Shown piece by piece: positions 1 through 8,459 of a DNA stretch of 26,320 nt. The stretch comes from Anaerolineae bacterium (GTDB lineage Bacteria > Chloroflexota > Anaerolineae > UBA4142 > SHND01). The stretch lies in contig JBAVQS010000347.1 in assembly GCA_049694275.1 (NCBI GenBank), positions 1 to 26,320 on the forward strand, read 5' to 3'. The stretch's first letter is position 1; the number at the start of each line of letters is the position of its first letter. The notes beneath the pieces are model-generated. The model saw only the letters and a list, made by a program, of their open reading frames with translations, was not told where the DNA came from and searched no databases. The translations under genes and the position numbers were made by a program.

Positions 1-38
1 TCCATACAAAGGAAAGCTAGAACAAACGCGGGTGAGCC

Positions 39-827
39 GTGGACCACGCTAACCAATTTTCCCTCCTCCGCACCATCCTCAAGGCCCTCGGCCTCTCTGC
101 CGAAGCGATCGACGATATTGTCGAGCGCATCGACGATTGGCTCTCGGACAAGCCGGCCGCGCAGCTCGAGTTCCCCTACCGCGTCCGCGACGATTTTCTC
201 TCCCTGGCCGAGCAGAGCTTTTACATGGTCCTCAAAGCGGCCGTCGCCGATTGGGCCATCGTCTGCCCCAAGGTCGCACTCGGCGACCTCTTTTTCGCCA
301 AATCGGGCGATGCCAGCAAATACCGCACCTATACCAACAAGATCGACCGCAAGCACATCGATTTTCTCCTATGTGACCCCAAAACCGTTCGCCCCCTCCT
401 TGGGATCGAGCTCGACGACAAGAGTCACAACCGCGCGGACCGCAAGGAACGCGACGAGTTCGTCGGCCAGGTGTTTGCGGCTGCCCAACTCCGCCTGGTG
501 CACATTCCCGTTCGCCAGTCCTATTCCGTCGCCGAGCTCAATGCCCTGCTCCGCGCAACCACTGTCTCCAAATCCGCAGCAGCCCCAGTCCCGCCGCCTG
601 CGCCCATCAGCCAACCCGCCCCCGCGCCTCAACTCGCCGCGCCCATCTCACAAGTCCCTGCACCGATAAGCTCACCTACATCCCCGCCCTGTCCCAAATG
701 CGGCAGTGCGATGATACTCCGCACGGCAAAACGCGGCGACAACCAGGGCAACCAGTTCTGGGGCTGTTCCAATTATCCACGATGTCATGGCGTCGTGAAA
801 TACGAACCAGCAGCCACCCAACCGTAA
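39..827 (+). CDS. DUF2726 (NERD/restriction-endonuclease-like) domain protein with a Pro/Ala-rich linker and a C-terminal topoisomerase-type C4 zinc ribbon; GTG start
   Basis: The 262-aa ORF has an N-terminal region resembling DUF2726 proteins. A low-complexity PAPISQ-type linker follows. The C-terminus CPKCGSAMILRTAKRG...FWGCSNYPRCHG is a typical zf-C4_Topoisom ribbon. The ORF starts at GTG just downstream of GGGTGA. Confidence 0.6.
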   Translation: MDHANQFSLLRTILKALGLSAEAIDDIVERIDDWLSDKPAAQLEFPYRVRDDFLSLAEQSFYMVLKAAVADWAIVCPKVALGDLFFAKSGDASKYRTYTNKIDRKHIDFLLCDPKTVRPLLGIELDDKSHNRADRKERDEFVGQVFAAAQLRLVHIPVRQSYSVAELNALLRATTVSKSAAAPVPPPAPISQPAPAPQLAAPISQVPAPISSPTSPPCPKCGSAMILRTAKRGDNQGNQFWGCSNYPRCHGVVKYEPAATQP

Positions 828-1018
828 TTACTGGAAATCATCATGCCCGCCGCCAAGAAAAACACCCATCGCCCCGCAATTCGTATCGCCACCTTTTCGA
901 TTCACTTTCTCCCCGCCCCAGCTCCCTACTCAATCTCAACCGCAAAATAACCGATTCGGAACCTGAACGTGTTATAAATCGCGTAGGTTGATAGCCCTTT
1001 CGAAAGACAGGTGACCCA

Positions 1019-2959
1019 ATGACGCGTCGCGAAAAACTCATCTTTTGGGGTGTGGCACTCTTCCTCCTTATTGCGTTTTTCCCCGTCTTGCCCATCTTGC
1101 TCTGGCTCGTGGGTTGGTACCTTCGCAAAATCCCTGAGAAGCGTCTGCCTTTTGCCGCCTACTTTAATACACAACAGCGTACCTTTTACAATTGGGTGGG
1201 CGATTTTATCAAAACCTGGTATCAATTGCCCCTGTTCCTTCTTTTTAGCGCGATCGCTATCGTCCTGGTAGGCTGGGTGATGATGTCTTTCAAGATCATC
1301 CCCTCAGAGGTGTTTGGCTTTGCCATTCCCAGCCCTTATGGCGCTACTATTCACATAACGGATTCAGCCAATGTGGACGCCGCTGAGTACACAACCGGCA
1401 GAAGCGACGAACCATACTGCTTCAAAAACCTCGCACCGGGTACCTATGTTGTCGCCGAGACTCTTCCTCCTGGCTTTCAAGCATCAACGCCGACCGTTGT
1501 GACAACCACCATCGGAATCGGCGGCGCCGCCCAGATTGCCTTTGGCGCGTTCCGTCCTCAGCCTGAGCTCAATACGACCCGGATCATGCCACAACCCGTC
1601 GCGCTCCGGCCCATGGCAACCGGGCCTGGACTACCACCGCAGATCTGTGTGCTCGCGTGGAATGATGCCAACGTAAACCTTGTCCGTGACCCCGGCGAGA
1701 CTCTCCTGCCGGAATGGACGCCTCCCGACTGGGTCACACCACTAACCCTTCTCGTAGCAACGGCTTTGATCTTTGTCTTGGCCAACGTGAATGGCTTCAC
1801 AATGGCCAAAATGTTGCATTGGGATGCCCTCTTCTGGCAGGCAGAACCGGCAGCAAAGACGCTCGTCGGCGAAACAGTCTACGAGCAAATGGATACGGAA
1901 GCGCGCAACAAGCTCAAGCGGCATATCATTGATACGATGATTGGGATCAACAAGATGCGCGTCATTGTGTCTGGAGGACAGATCACAACCGCCGTCGCGC
2001 CCGCAGGTGATCTATCCCGTTTTGGCGGTCCAGGCGTCCTGATGGTGCAGGAGGGTCACGCCGTTATCCTCGAAAGGACCGGCAAGGTCACGCGGGTTGT
2101 CGGCAGCGGCGTCACCTACCTCGATCCCTTCGAGCGTGTGAGCATGTCCGTATATTTACCCACACGCGCTCTGGAAGTCCATATCGTCGATGCCATTACC
2201 TGCGACCGCATGGTCCTCAAGGATTTCGAGTTATTGATTTTCCACCGGGTTGATCGAGGAGATCAAAGCCAGGCAAGCGGCCAATATCGATACGACCCCA
2301 AGATTATTCTCGGCAAAATATGGAGCCCCAAGGGCCACGATTGGGAAAGGACGGTTCAATCCATTGCAAAGAATGCGGCACGCGACGTCATCGCCGAATA
2401 CAACTTTGCCGATATCGTATCGATTGCCGGCACAGCGCGTCTCAACCTGCGTCAAGAGTTTGCGTCCCGCATCAATGCGACCACCAAGGATTTCCTGGGG
2501 ATCGAAGTCGTCGGCGCCACTATCGGCGCAATCGAGTGCTCGGACGAGGCCAAACGCGCCATGGAGCAAAAAGGCCTGAGTGAAGTAGAGCGCCAAACCC
2601 TGGTGTTAAGGGCAGAAGGAGAAAAAGAGGCAATGGCGCGTAAAGGCGAAGGACAGGCGCTGGCAATCCGTCGTCTTGAGGCAGAAAAATCCACCATTCG
2701 TAAAGAATTGATCCAGCAGTTAATGGAGCCCCTGCGCCAGATGACGGGACAGCCTCTAACGGACAAAGAAGTGGTGAAAGAGTATATCGAGGTTGTCGAG
2801 CGGCTATTGGAACGCCTGGAGACCACCATGGTCCGCGATGATCTGGATATGATCCGCTACGTCGAAGCGCTCCAAACCATCACCGCGGCGACCGGACCCA
2901 AAACCTTTATCGTCGGCGACACCAAAGGGATGTCTACGCTGGATCTCAGTTCCAGATAG
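1019..2959 (+). CDS. SPFH/band-7 (stomatin/HflKC/flotillin-like) membrane protein with N-terminal TM segments and a Cna-B/SdrD-like segment
   Basis: The 646-aa ORF has hydrophobic N-terminal helices. Its central region (VLMVQEGHAVILERTGKVTRVVGSGVTYLDPFERV...HIVDAITCDRMVLKDFELLIF...GIEVVGATIGAIECSDEAKRAMEQK) matches the SPFH fold and is followed by a coiled-coil tail. The segment GTYVVAETLPPGFQASTP resembles SdrD-B/Cna-B folds. An SD (AGGTGA) precedes the ATG. Confidence 0.7.
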   Translation: MTRREKLIFWGVALFLLIAFFPVLPILLWLVGWYLRKIPEKRLPFAAYFNTQQRTFYNWVGDFIKTWYQLPLFLLFSAIAIVLVGWVMMSFKIIPSEVFGFAIPSPYGATIHITDSANVDAAEYTTGRSDEPYCFKNLAPGTYVVAETLPPGFQASTPTVVTTTIGIGGAAQIAFGAFRPQPELNTTRIMPQPVALRPMATGPGLPPQICVLAWNDANVNLVRDPGETLLPEWTPPDWVTPLTLLVATALIFVLANVNGFTMAKMLHWDALFWQAEPAAKTLVGETVYEQMDTEARNKLKRHIIDTMIGINKMRVIVSGGQITTAVAPAGDLSRFGGPGVLMVQEGHAVILERTGKVTRVVGSGVTYLDPFERVSMSVYLPTRALEVHIVDAITCDRMVLKDFELLIFHRVDRGDQSQASGQYRYDPKIILGKIWSPKGHDWERTVQSIAKNAARDVIAEYNFADIVSIAGTARLNLRQEFASRINATTKDFLGIEVVGATIGAIECSDEAKRAMEQKGLSEVERQTLVLRAEGEKEAMARKGEGQALAIRRLEAEKSTIRKELIQQLMEPLRQMTGQPLTDKEVVKEYIEVVERLLERLETTMVRDDLDMIRYVEALQTITAATGPKTFIVGDTKGMSTLDLSSR

Positions 2960-2989
2960 ATCCAAAATCGCTTGGCTTGAGGACGTGTC

Positions 2990-4447
2990 ATGGATACGAC
3001 ACCTACCCACATCGAATATGCGCTCGAACCGCTGAATTTTCTGAACGATGCCCTCCCAACCGGCGGGGATACGTACCAGGAAGCCATTCGATCGTGCCGC
3101 GAGCAAAAACTCAAGGAAAGCCTCCAATACTGCTCCCAGCTTGACCAATTGGGTTTGGAATTGGGCAATTCCTATATTCAGGGTCTTGCTCAGATCTGTA
3201 GCGGGTCCGTCCGGTTTGCGCTGGACGCCAGGCATGGCGGCTGGGAACATGCCATCGAAGCCCTCCAGCAAAGCCAGCAGAAATTTCATACCCAGGCAGA
3301 CAAACCATGCGAACATAACGAAGGGGTTGCCTGGCTGGCTCTCGGCCGCGTCTATGAAAAGCAATGTATTGAGCTTGGGATGAATCGATGGGAAAAGGCA
3401 ATCGAGGCTTTTGAGCATGCACGTTCCGCATTTTTGGGAAAGAATATGGCGCTTTATGCGTCTGCAGATCGCGCCATGCACCATGTTGCGGAGGCCCAGG
3501 CGTCGACACACCATCAACAACAGGTCCCTGACCCGCAACCGGCTTCGCCATCCCCTGCCCCTCAGCCGGCATCCCAGCAGAAGGACCACAAAGCGAAATC
3601 TCGTTTCTGGTTCATTAAAGCTCCTTTCCGCGGCATGTCGAGAATGGTCCGGAGAATGCCGCGCGTCCTTAGCTATATCAAACACGCGCGTCGCCTCTCC
3701 ACCCTCACTCGAAATTTCCATCGCCTATGGGACGCACTCTCCTTCAAGCGAATCTTTATTATTGAAGCAGCCTTTCTCGTTATCTTGGTAATCCTGCTGT
3801 TTTTATTCCGCGAATACCCTTCTTGGGATTTCGGCTTTGCCCTCGGAATTGCAGGCTGTTTGCTTGTAACAGGTATCGATTTTCTGTTGATTGAACAAGC
3901 TGGGCGTCTCTTGTTTTTCAATTCGAACAAGGCCGCCGCTGTGGTCGTATACCGTGGACGCGTCTGGGCTGAAACCAAACCCGGGCTGCATTTACTCCAT
4001 CCCAACGCCGAACACCTTGAAGCTTTCATTACACTCAACCCCAGGGAATCGATACGACTATTGCAGGACTTGGCTCAGGGAGGCCTCTCTTTCAAGGCAA
4101 GCCTGAAAACGAACTATGCAATCGTAGATGCGGCCAGAGTCTGGACCGAAATCTCGACGAGTATCGAGCATCCCAAATTGCTCGGGATCAACAAGCCGGT
4201 ACCAGCCAAAATGACGTTGGAACCAGTCGCGCAGTATGCCGAAAAGCGAATTGAAAGGATCGTGTGCGATGCGCTGGCCGAACTGGCAGCGGATGCTTCT
4301 CAACGCCACACTCTTGGCGAAACGGCCGACCTGAACCGGCATATCGGGAAATTACTGCGCGAACAATCCGACACAACAGGAATCCGTTTCTACCATTTGA
4401 GCATAGAGATTTTACAGCCCTATACCCCATTGTCCCCTCTCCAATAA
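2990..4447 (+). CDS. Second SPFH-like membrane protein with a helical (TPR-like) N-terminal domain, Pro-rich linker and two TM helices
   Basis: The 485-aa ORF sits 30 bp after the previous gene with SD GAGGACG. The C-terminal part (AAVVVYRGRVWAETKPGLHLLHP...NYAIVDAARVWTEISTS...IRFYHLSIEILQP) resembles an SPFH domain. The central TM segments are IFIIEAAFLVILVILLFLF and GFALGIAGCLLVTGIDFLLI. Confidence 0.6.
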   Translation: MDTTPTHIEYALEPLNFLNDALPTGGDTYQEAIRSCREQKLKESLQYCSQLDQLGLELGNSYIQGLAQICSGSVRFALDARHGGWEHAIEALQQSQQKFHTQADKPCEHNEGVAWLALGRVYEKQCIELGMNRWEKAIEAFEHARSAFLGKNMALYASADRAMHHVAEAQASTHHQQQVPDPQPASPSPAPQPASQQKDHKAKSRFWFIKAPFRGMSRMVRRMPRVLSYIKHARRLSTLTRNFHRLWDALSFKRIFIIEAAFLVILVILLFLFREYPSWDFGFALGIAGCLLVTGIDFLLIEQAGRLLFFNSNKAAAVVVYRGRVWAETKPGLHLLHPNAEHLEAFITLNPRESIRLLQDLAQGGLSFKASLKTNYAIVDAARVWTEISTSIEHPKLLGINKPVPAKMTLEPVAQYAEKRIERIVCDALAELAADASQRHTLGETADLNRHIGKLLREQSDTTGIRFYHLSIEILQPYTPLSPLQ

Positions 4448-4492
4448 CTCTGCACGTAATAATAGCCTGTCATTCAGCAGGAGGAGTCCAGA

Positions 4493-5215
4493 ATGGAGCC
4501 GCATCCCCTCACCCCACCCGGCAAGTACCCGACCGTAATCGACAACGTTCAGGAAGTCGCCCTGTTCGGGACAGCCGACCTCGCCTTCTGGCTGGAGTAT
4601 CTGAAACCGGAAGGGCTCTGGCCCTATAATGACAACGGCCACGCCGAGGTCCTCATCAGCGCCACCGATCTGAAATGGATGGGGAAAAGATTCAACGAGT
4701 TCACCTTTTCCCTCTCGGTCTGCCGGAATCCGGACGACGGCGAGCGACACGGCCTCTATCTCGTCCACGCCTATAACTCTTCGAGCCTGCTCGCTTTCAT
4801 GGAACGCGCCTTTTTCCAGACGCCCTACTACCCGGCACGTATTCAAATGCAGGCTAAACTACCCGCTTCGGCCGCGCTGGGCGAGCGGGACAACCTCACG
4901 CTGAGCATGAAAATGTCCGGCCAGGGATCCTGTCTCTCGCGCAGAGAGGACGTGTGGGAAGGGCCGCTTTATCTGCCGCGGTACATGACCAAAATGCGCG
5001 GCCCCGGGAATTTCTTTTTTGCCCGGCTCAGCGGCTATATCGAGACCTATCCATTTTCACCCTTGGATTCCTTCGAGCTCAAGCCATCGCGGGATGACCG
5101 GGTTCTCCAGTCCCTCGTCGAATCTCACTTTACCGGCCAAGAGTGGCGCATTCGCGCGAACGCCACCCACGCAAAATCGAAAACCTACCCGCGCAATGGA
5201 GTTTTGCCAGGATGA
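4493..5215 (+). CDS. Hypothetical protein, 240 aa, no recognised domain
   Basis: A strong SD (GCAGGAGGAG) lies 7 nt upstream. Codon usage matches its neighbours. The stop overlaps the next start (ATGA). Confidence 0.55.
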   Translation: MEPHPLTPPGKYPTVIDNVQEVALFGTADLAFWLEYLKPEGLWPYNDNGHAEVLISATDLKWMGKRFNEFTFSLSVCRNPDDGERHGLYLVHAYNSSSLLAFMERAFFQTPYYPARIQMQAKLPASAALGERDNLTLSMKMSGQGSCLSRREDVWEGPLYLPRYMTKMRGPGNFFFARLSGYIETYPFSPLDSFELKPSRDDRVLQSLVESHFTGQEWRIRANATHAKSKTYPRNGVLPG

Positions 5216-5763
5216 ATTGCTCCATCTGTCATATCCAGCTTCAGCGCATTGATCTTCTCCAATCCGCGCTCCCGGCTTATCGCTGCCCCCAGTGCGAAGG
5301 CGTTTGGATTTCGGCCAACGAGTATTTGCGTTGGCGCCAGGCGCAGGGGCCCACCCTCCCCGAACGAGTCGCCGACATTTCCAACATCCCCAAGATCGAC
5401 GTCCCCCAGGTTAAACTCTGCCCGGCCGACGGCCATTTCCTCCGGCGTTACCACGTCATCGCCAACGAGGAATTCTACCTCGACCGGTGCACCTACTGTA
5501 ACGGCGTCTGGTTCGATAAAGGGGAATGGGATGTGCTGGTCGCGCGGAACCTCCACGACAAGCTGAACCAGTTCTTTACCCAGCCCTATCAATCGCACCT
5601 TCAGGAACAGGAAGCCTACACGGCGCTTGACCGGTTCTATCTGGGCAAGTTCGGCGAAGAGGACTATGGCCGTATCCGCGAAATCCGCGATTGGCTCACG
5701 AACCACCCAAAACGGGCGATGCTGCTGGCGTATCTGCAAGCGGAAAATCCGTACAAGATGTAA
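5212..5763 (+). CDS. Tandem zf-TFIIB-type zinc-ribbon protein (two CxxC...CxxCxGxWxD motifs)
   Basis: The track ORF begins at 5143, but an in-frame ATG at 5212 overlaps the upstream stop, indicating translational coupling. The motifs are CSICHIQL...CPQCEGVWISANEY and CPADGHFL...CTYCNGVWFDKGEW. Confidence 0.6.
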   Translation: MNCSICHIQLQRIDLLQSALPAYRCPQCEGVWISANEYLRWRQAQGPTLPERVADISNIPKIDVPQVKLCPADGHFLRRYHVIANEEFYLDRCTYCNGVWFDKGEWDVLVARNLHDKLNQFFTQPYQSHLQEQEAYTALDRFYLGKFGEEDYGRIREIRDWLTNHPKRAMLLAYLQAENPYKM

Positions 5764-5848
5764 TCACCGGCCTCTCGCCGCGTCGACGTGATCGACCACC
5801 TATATGTCACGCTGTCTTTACGCGCGCAAAAGATGCAGCGCTCAGTCT

Positions 5849-7504
5849 TTAGCGTGTCATCCACGGCAAAAAAATCTGGGGTCCGCCGCCCAGCGCCCAT
5901 ACATATCCATCATAACTCCCGACGACCACCTCCAGGCGGCCATCGCCCGCGATGTCGCCGATCGACGGCGAGTTCTGTGTCCGCCCGCCGAGCTGCCAAG
6001 TCCATTTTTCATTCCCCGTGACACCATCATAAAAGTGGAGCTTACCCCAGCACCCCGCCGGCAGCACTACATCGCGGTGATCGTCCGGGCCCAAAAGGCC
6101 GACCGCCGGCGACCCGCGCACGTTCCCTTCATTGTTAAAGTCGTGATGCCACTCGACCGCGCCGGTCCTGGTGAGCGCCACAATGCCGCCGACCACGCTT
6201 CCATCAAAACACTGACTCGGCGCTCCCGAAGGTCCCGGCTGATCGTTTCCTGTCCCATAACCCGCGACGATCAAAGGGTCCAGCCCTGCGCGCGGGAGGA
6301 GCGAAGGGGAGGACTTCCACACATCATAGTCGTTCCGTATCCAGCGCGGCGTAAAGCTTACATTTCCGGTAGAGAGATCGGCGCGCAGGCCAATCGCCGA
6401 GATACGAGCTTCACTCACCCGCTCGTCGGTGGCGAGCCAGCCAAAGACCGCCGTCGGCCCCTCACCCCAATCATAGACGAGGGGCGAACTCCGAATCACC
6501 GGCGTTTCGGTGATGGGAATTGTCGCATCGAGGGTGCGCAGCACGAGCGTACGCGTGAGGACCGTCGTCGAATCCGTAATGCTGCGCCAGGCGACAATCA
6601 TTTCTCCGCCCCAGCTCCCCGCAATAATCTGTTTCTGGGTGGGGTTGTTCGGGTCGAGCGCCGCAATTGCCGGGACGGCGGAATCCATTTTGTAGGGATA
6701 CTCGAACCCCCAATCGCGTGTAATCGTACCGGTGCCGGTGATCGGCAGGACGTGCAGCGACCCGCCATCGCCCAGGCAGTTGCCATTTGAATCGAGCGGA
6801 CAGCTCGTCGTAATCACAACTTTTAATCCCGTGCCGTCCAGGTCTGCAATCGTCGGACCCGACTCGATATAATGGTGCGAGTCATAATCCCACAGCGGCA
6901 AGCCGTCGCACCCGCGCAGCGCGCGGATGTGCCCATCCTTGGTTGCAAAGATCACATCGGGCAGGCCATCCCCATTAGCATCCGCGACCGCCGGGCTGTA
7001 AGTATCCAGCCCTGGAAAGAGGGAACCGGTGACCGTGTAGAACCACATCGCACGGACGGGCGGGTTCTGCCCGATCTGGTCTTTTAGCACGACCACGCGA
7101 TCGGGGATCGGTACGCCGTCGACCTTGAGCGTGTTCGGCGCTATCGGGTCGGGAGTCGTGGCAATCACTTCCAACTGACCATCTCCGTCGACATCCGCCA
7201 GGGGAAAGGTAGTGGTCCAACGAAAATTCGTGATGATGTTGGTGGCATCTACGTCAAACATCTTGTACTTCCAGCGGAGGTTGGGGCCGGATGGGCTGAA
7301 ATTGCCAACGCCATCGGCCAGGCCCGTATGAGCAGCATCATGCTTAAACATGGGCCATGCAGCAGGTGAAGGGCGAGTTGGAGGAGGACAGGCGGTGGTA
7401 GGTATACCGGGCGCAGCGCGGGCATACAGGGGGATAACGAACGAGGCGAGGGTTCCCCAGAGACCAGCGAAAACGACAAGCAACATGACGAGCCGTCGAA
7501 ACAC
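5849..7504 (-). CDS. Secreted FG-GAP repeat (integrin-alpha-like beta-propeller) protein
   Basis: Repeated D-x-D/N-G-D-G motifs are present (ADVDGDGQLEV, ADANGDGLPDV, IADLDGTGLKV, IAGDGRLEVVVGSYDGYVWAL). The likely start is GTG at 7504, preceded by SD CAGGAGGGA. It gives a signal peptide MFRRLVMLLVVFAGLWGTLASFVIPLYARA. The track ORF extends to 7549. Confidence 0.75.
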   Translation of the reverse strand: MFRRLVMLLVVFAGLWGTLASFVIPLYARAAPGIPTTACPPPTRPSPAAWPMFKHDAAHTGLADGVGNFSPSGPNLRWKYKMFDVDATNIITNFRWTTTFPLADVDGDGQLEVIATTPDPIAPNTLKVDGVPIPDRVVVLKDQIGQNPPVRAMWFYTVTGSLFPGLDTYSPAVADANGDGLPDVIFATKDGHIRALRGCDGLPLWDYDSHHYIESGPTIADLDGTGLKVVITTSCPLDSNGNCLGDGGSLHVLPITGTGTITRDWGFEYPYKMDSAVPAIAALDPNNPTQKQIIAGSWGGEMIVAWRSITDSTTVLTRTLVLRTLDATIPITETPVIRSSPLVYDWGEGPTAVFGWLATDERVSEARISAIGLRADLSTGNVSFTPRWIRNDYDVWKSSPSLLPRAGLDPLIVAGYGTGNDQPGPSGAPSQCFDGSVVGGIVALTRTGAVEWHHDFNNEGNVRGSPAVGLLGPDDHRDVVLPAGCWGKLHFYDGVTGNEKWTWQLGGRTQNSPSIGDIAGDGRLEVVVGSYDGYVWALGGGPQIFLPWMTR

Positions 7505-7731
7505 AGTCCCTCCTGTATGGTACGACCAGTTTAAAGAACACAATAGCATTGTTTACCGCGAGGGTCAACGAATCCCCATTAAAGTTTTGTTAGAGTTCTC
7601 GATGGAGGAACCGGACCCGCGGTTGCATAATCAGTAAGCAATTTTGACCGGAATTGCCACGAAAATCGTACCTCCCGGCTCTATCCTGTAAACGTGCCGA
7701 TGGGCTGTTTCGTCTTGTCACAGGAGGAACC

Positions 7732-8343
7732 ATGCGTCCCAATTTGAAAATCACTTGCGATGCGCTCCCATGCACCGATGTCCGGCATGATGGCTTGATA
7801 ATTCCGAACATCAACATCCGGCCGGCCGATGTCTCGATTATCCTCATCTCCGAAGCCGCGCCCGCCGACGCCGCCGACTATTACTATGCCGGCGGTCACG
7901 CGCTCTTTGAACAGACCACTGTTCAGGCATTCAACGATGCAGGCATCCCCGTCACCTCCATCAAAGACCTTCTCAAGCACGGCGCCTATCTCACCACCGC
8001 AGTCAAGTGCGGCAAGACCGGTTACGGCATCGCCGCGCCGACGATCAAAAACTGCTCGCGCCTGCTTGAAAAGGAGCTCGCGCTCTTTCCCAATGTCAAG
8101 GCTTATCTCCTCATGGGTGACGTCGCGATCAAGGCGGTGAACGAAATTGCCCGTCGCAGTGGGCAGCCGCGCGTCATCCCCGCCGGATCGACCTACAAGC
8201 TCCGCGGCCCCGAATATTTCTTTCAGGGCCGGCGCGCCTTTCCGTCCTACCTTCAGGCCGGGCCAAGCTTTTTCATCGAAAAGAGCAAGCGCAAAATGAT
8301 CGCCGAGGATATCGCCGCCGCCTTCCAACTCTTGTCAGCCTAG
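7732..8343 (+). CDS. Uracil-DNA glycosylase superfamily protein (family-4-like with variant motifs)
   Basis: ATG 7732 is preceded by AGGAGG. Motifs resemble UDG family 4/5: ISEAAPADA (cf. GEAPG), TTAVKCGKTG (cf. VKCRPP) and CSRLLEKELALFPNVKAYLLMGDVA. The C-terminal FPSYL sits where HPSPL is expected. Confidence 0.6.
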   Translation: MRPNLKITCDALPCTDVRHDGLIIPNINIRPADVSIILISEAAPADAADYYYAGGHALFEQTTVQAFNDAGIPVTSIKDLLKHGAYLTTAVKCGKTGYGIAAPTIKNCSRLLEKELALFPNVKAYLLMGDVAIKAVNEIARRSGQPRVIPAGSTYKLRGPEYFFQGRRAFPSYLQAGPSFFIEKSKRKMIAEDIAAAFQLLSA

Positions 8344-8445
8344 CTCTGTGCTCGGCGTCTACTGGTTTGCCAGCGAACGCGTCCGGTTCAAGGGTCCGCG
8401 CACCATGACCGAAGCCGAGCTGGCTCGGATTGAAAAGGAATTTGC

Positions 8446-8453
8446 TGTATAAT
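8446..8453 (+). promoter_or_regulatory. -10 element TGTATAAT placed 6 nt upstream of the eutB ATG (leaderless geometry)
   Basis: TATAAT is at 8448-8453 and ATG at 8460. There is no SD in between. Confidence 0.4.
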
Positions 8454-8459
8454 CAGAGT

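Noticed and set aside
2804-3721. 305-aa minus-strand ORF overlapping the end of SPFH gene 1 and the start of SPFH gene 2
   Set aside because: It overlaps two co-directional genes with SDs and domain support. It has no SD or recognisable domain.
5764-5848. Possible terminator hairpin between convergent zf-TFIIB gene and FG-GAP gene
   Set aside because: Only an imperfect 9-bp stem with a 2-nt bulge and weak T-tracts is present. It is not convincing enough to call.
5804-6790. 328-aa plus-strand ORF, extremely Arg/Pro-rich
   Set aside because: It lies entirely antisense to the well-supported FG-GAP gene. Its composition is typical of a high-GC shadow frame. It has no SD and no domain.
8430-8459. 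Upstream in-frame extension of eutB (MKRNLLYNQS...)
   Set aside because: Homology to EutB begins exactly at the M at 8460. The extension would overlap the -10 element and adds residues not seen in EutB.
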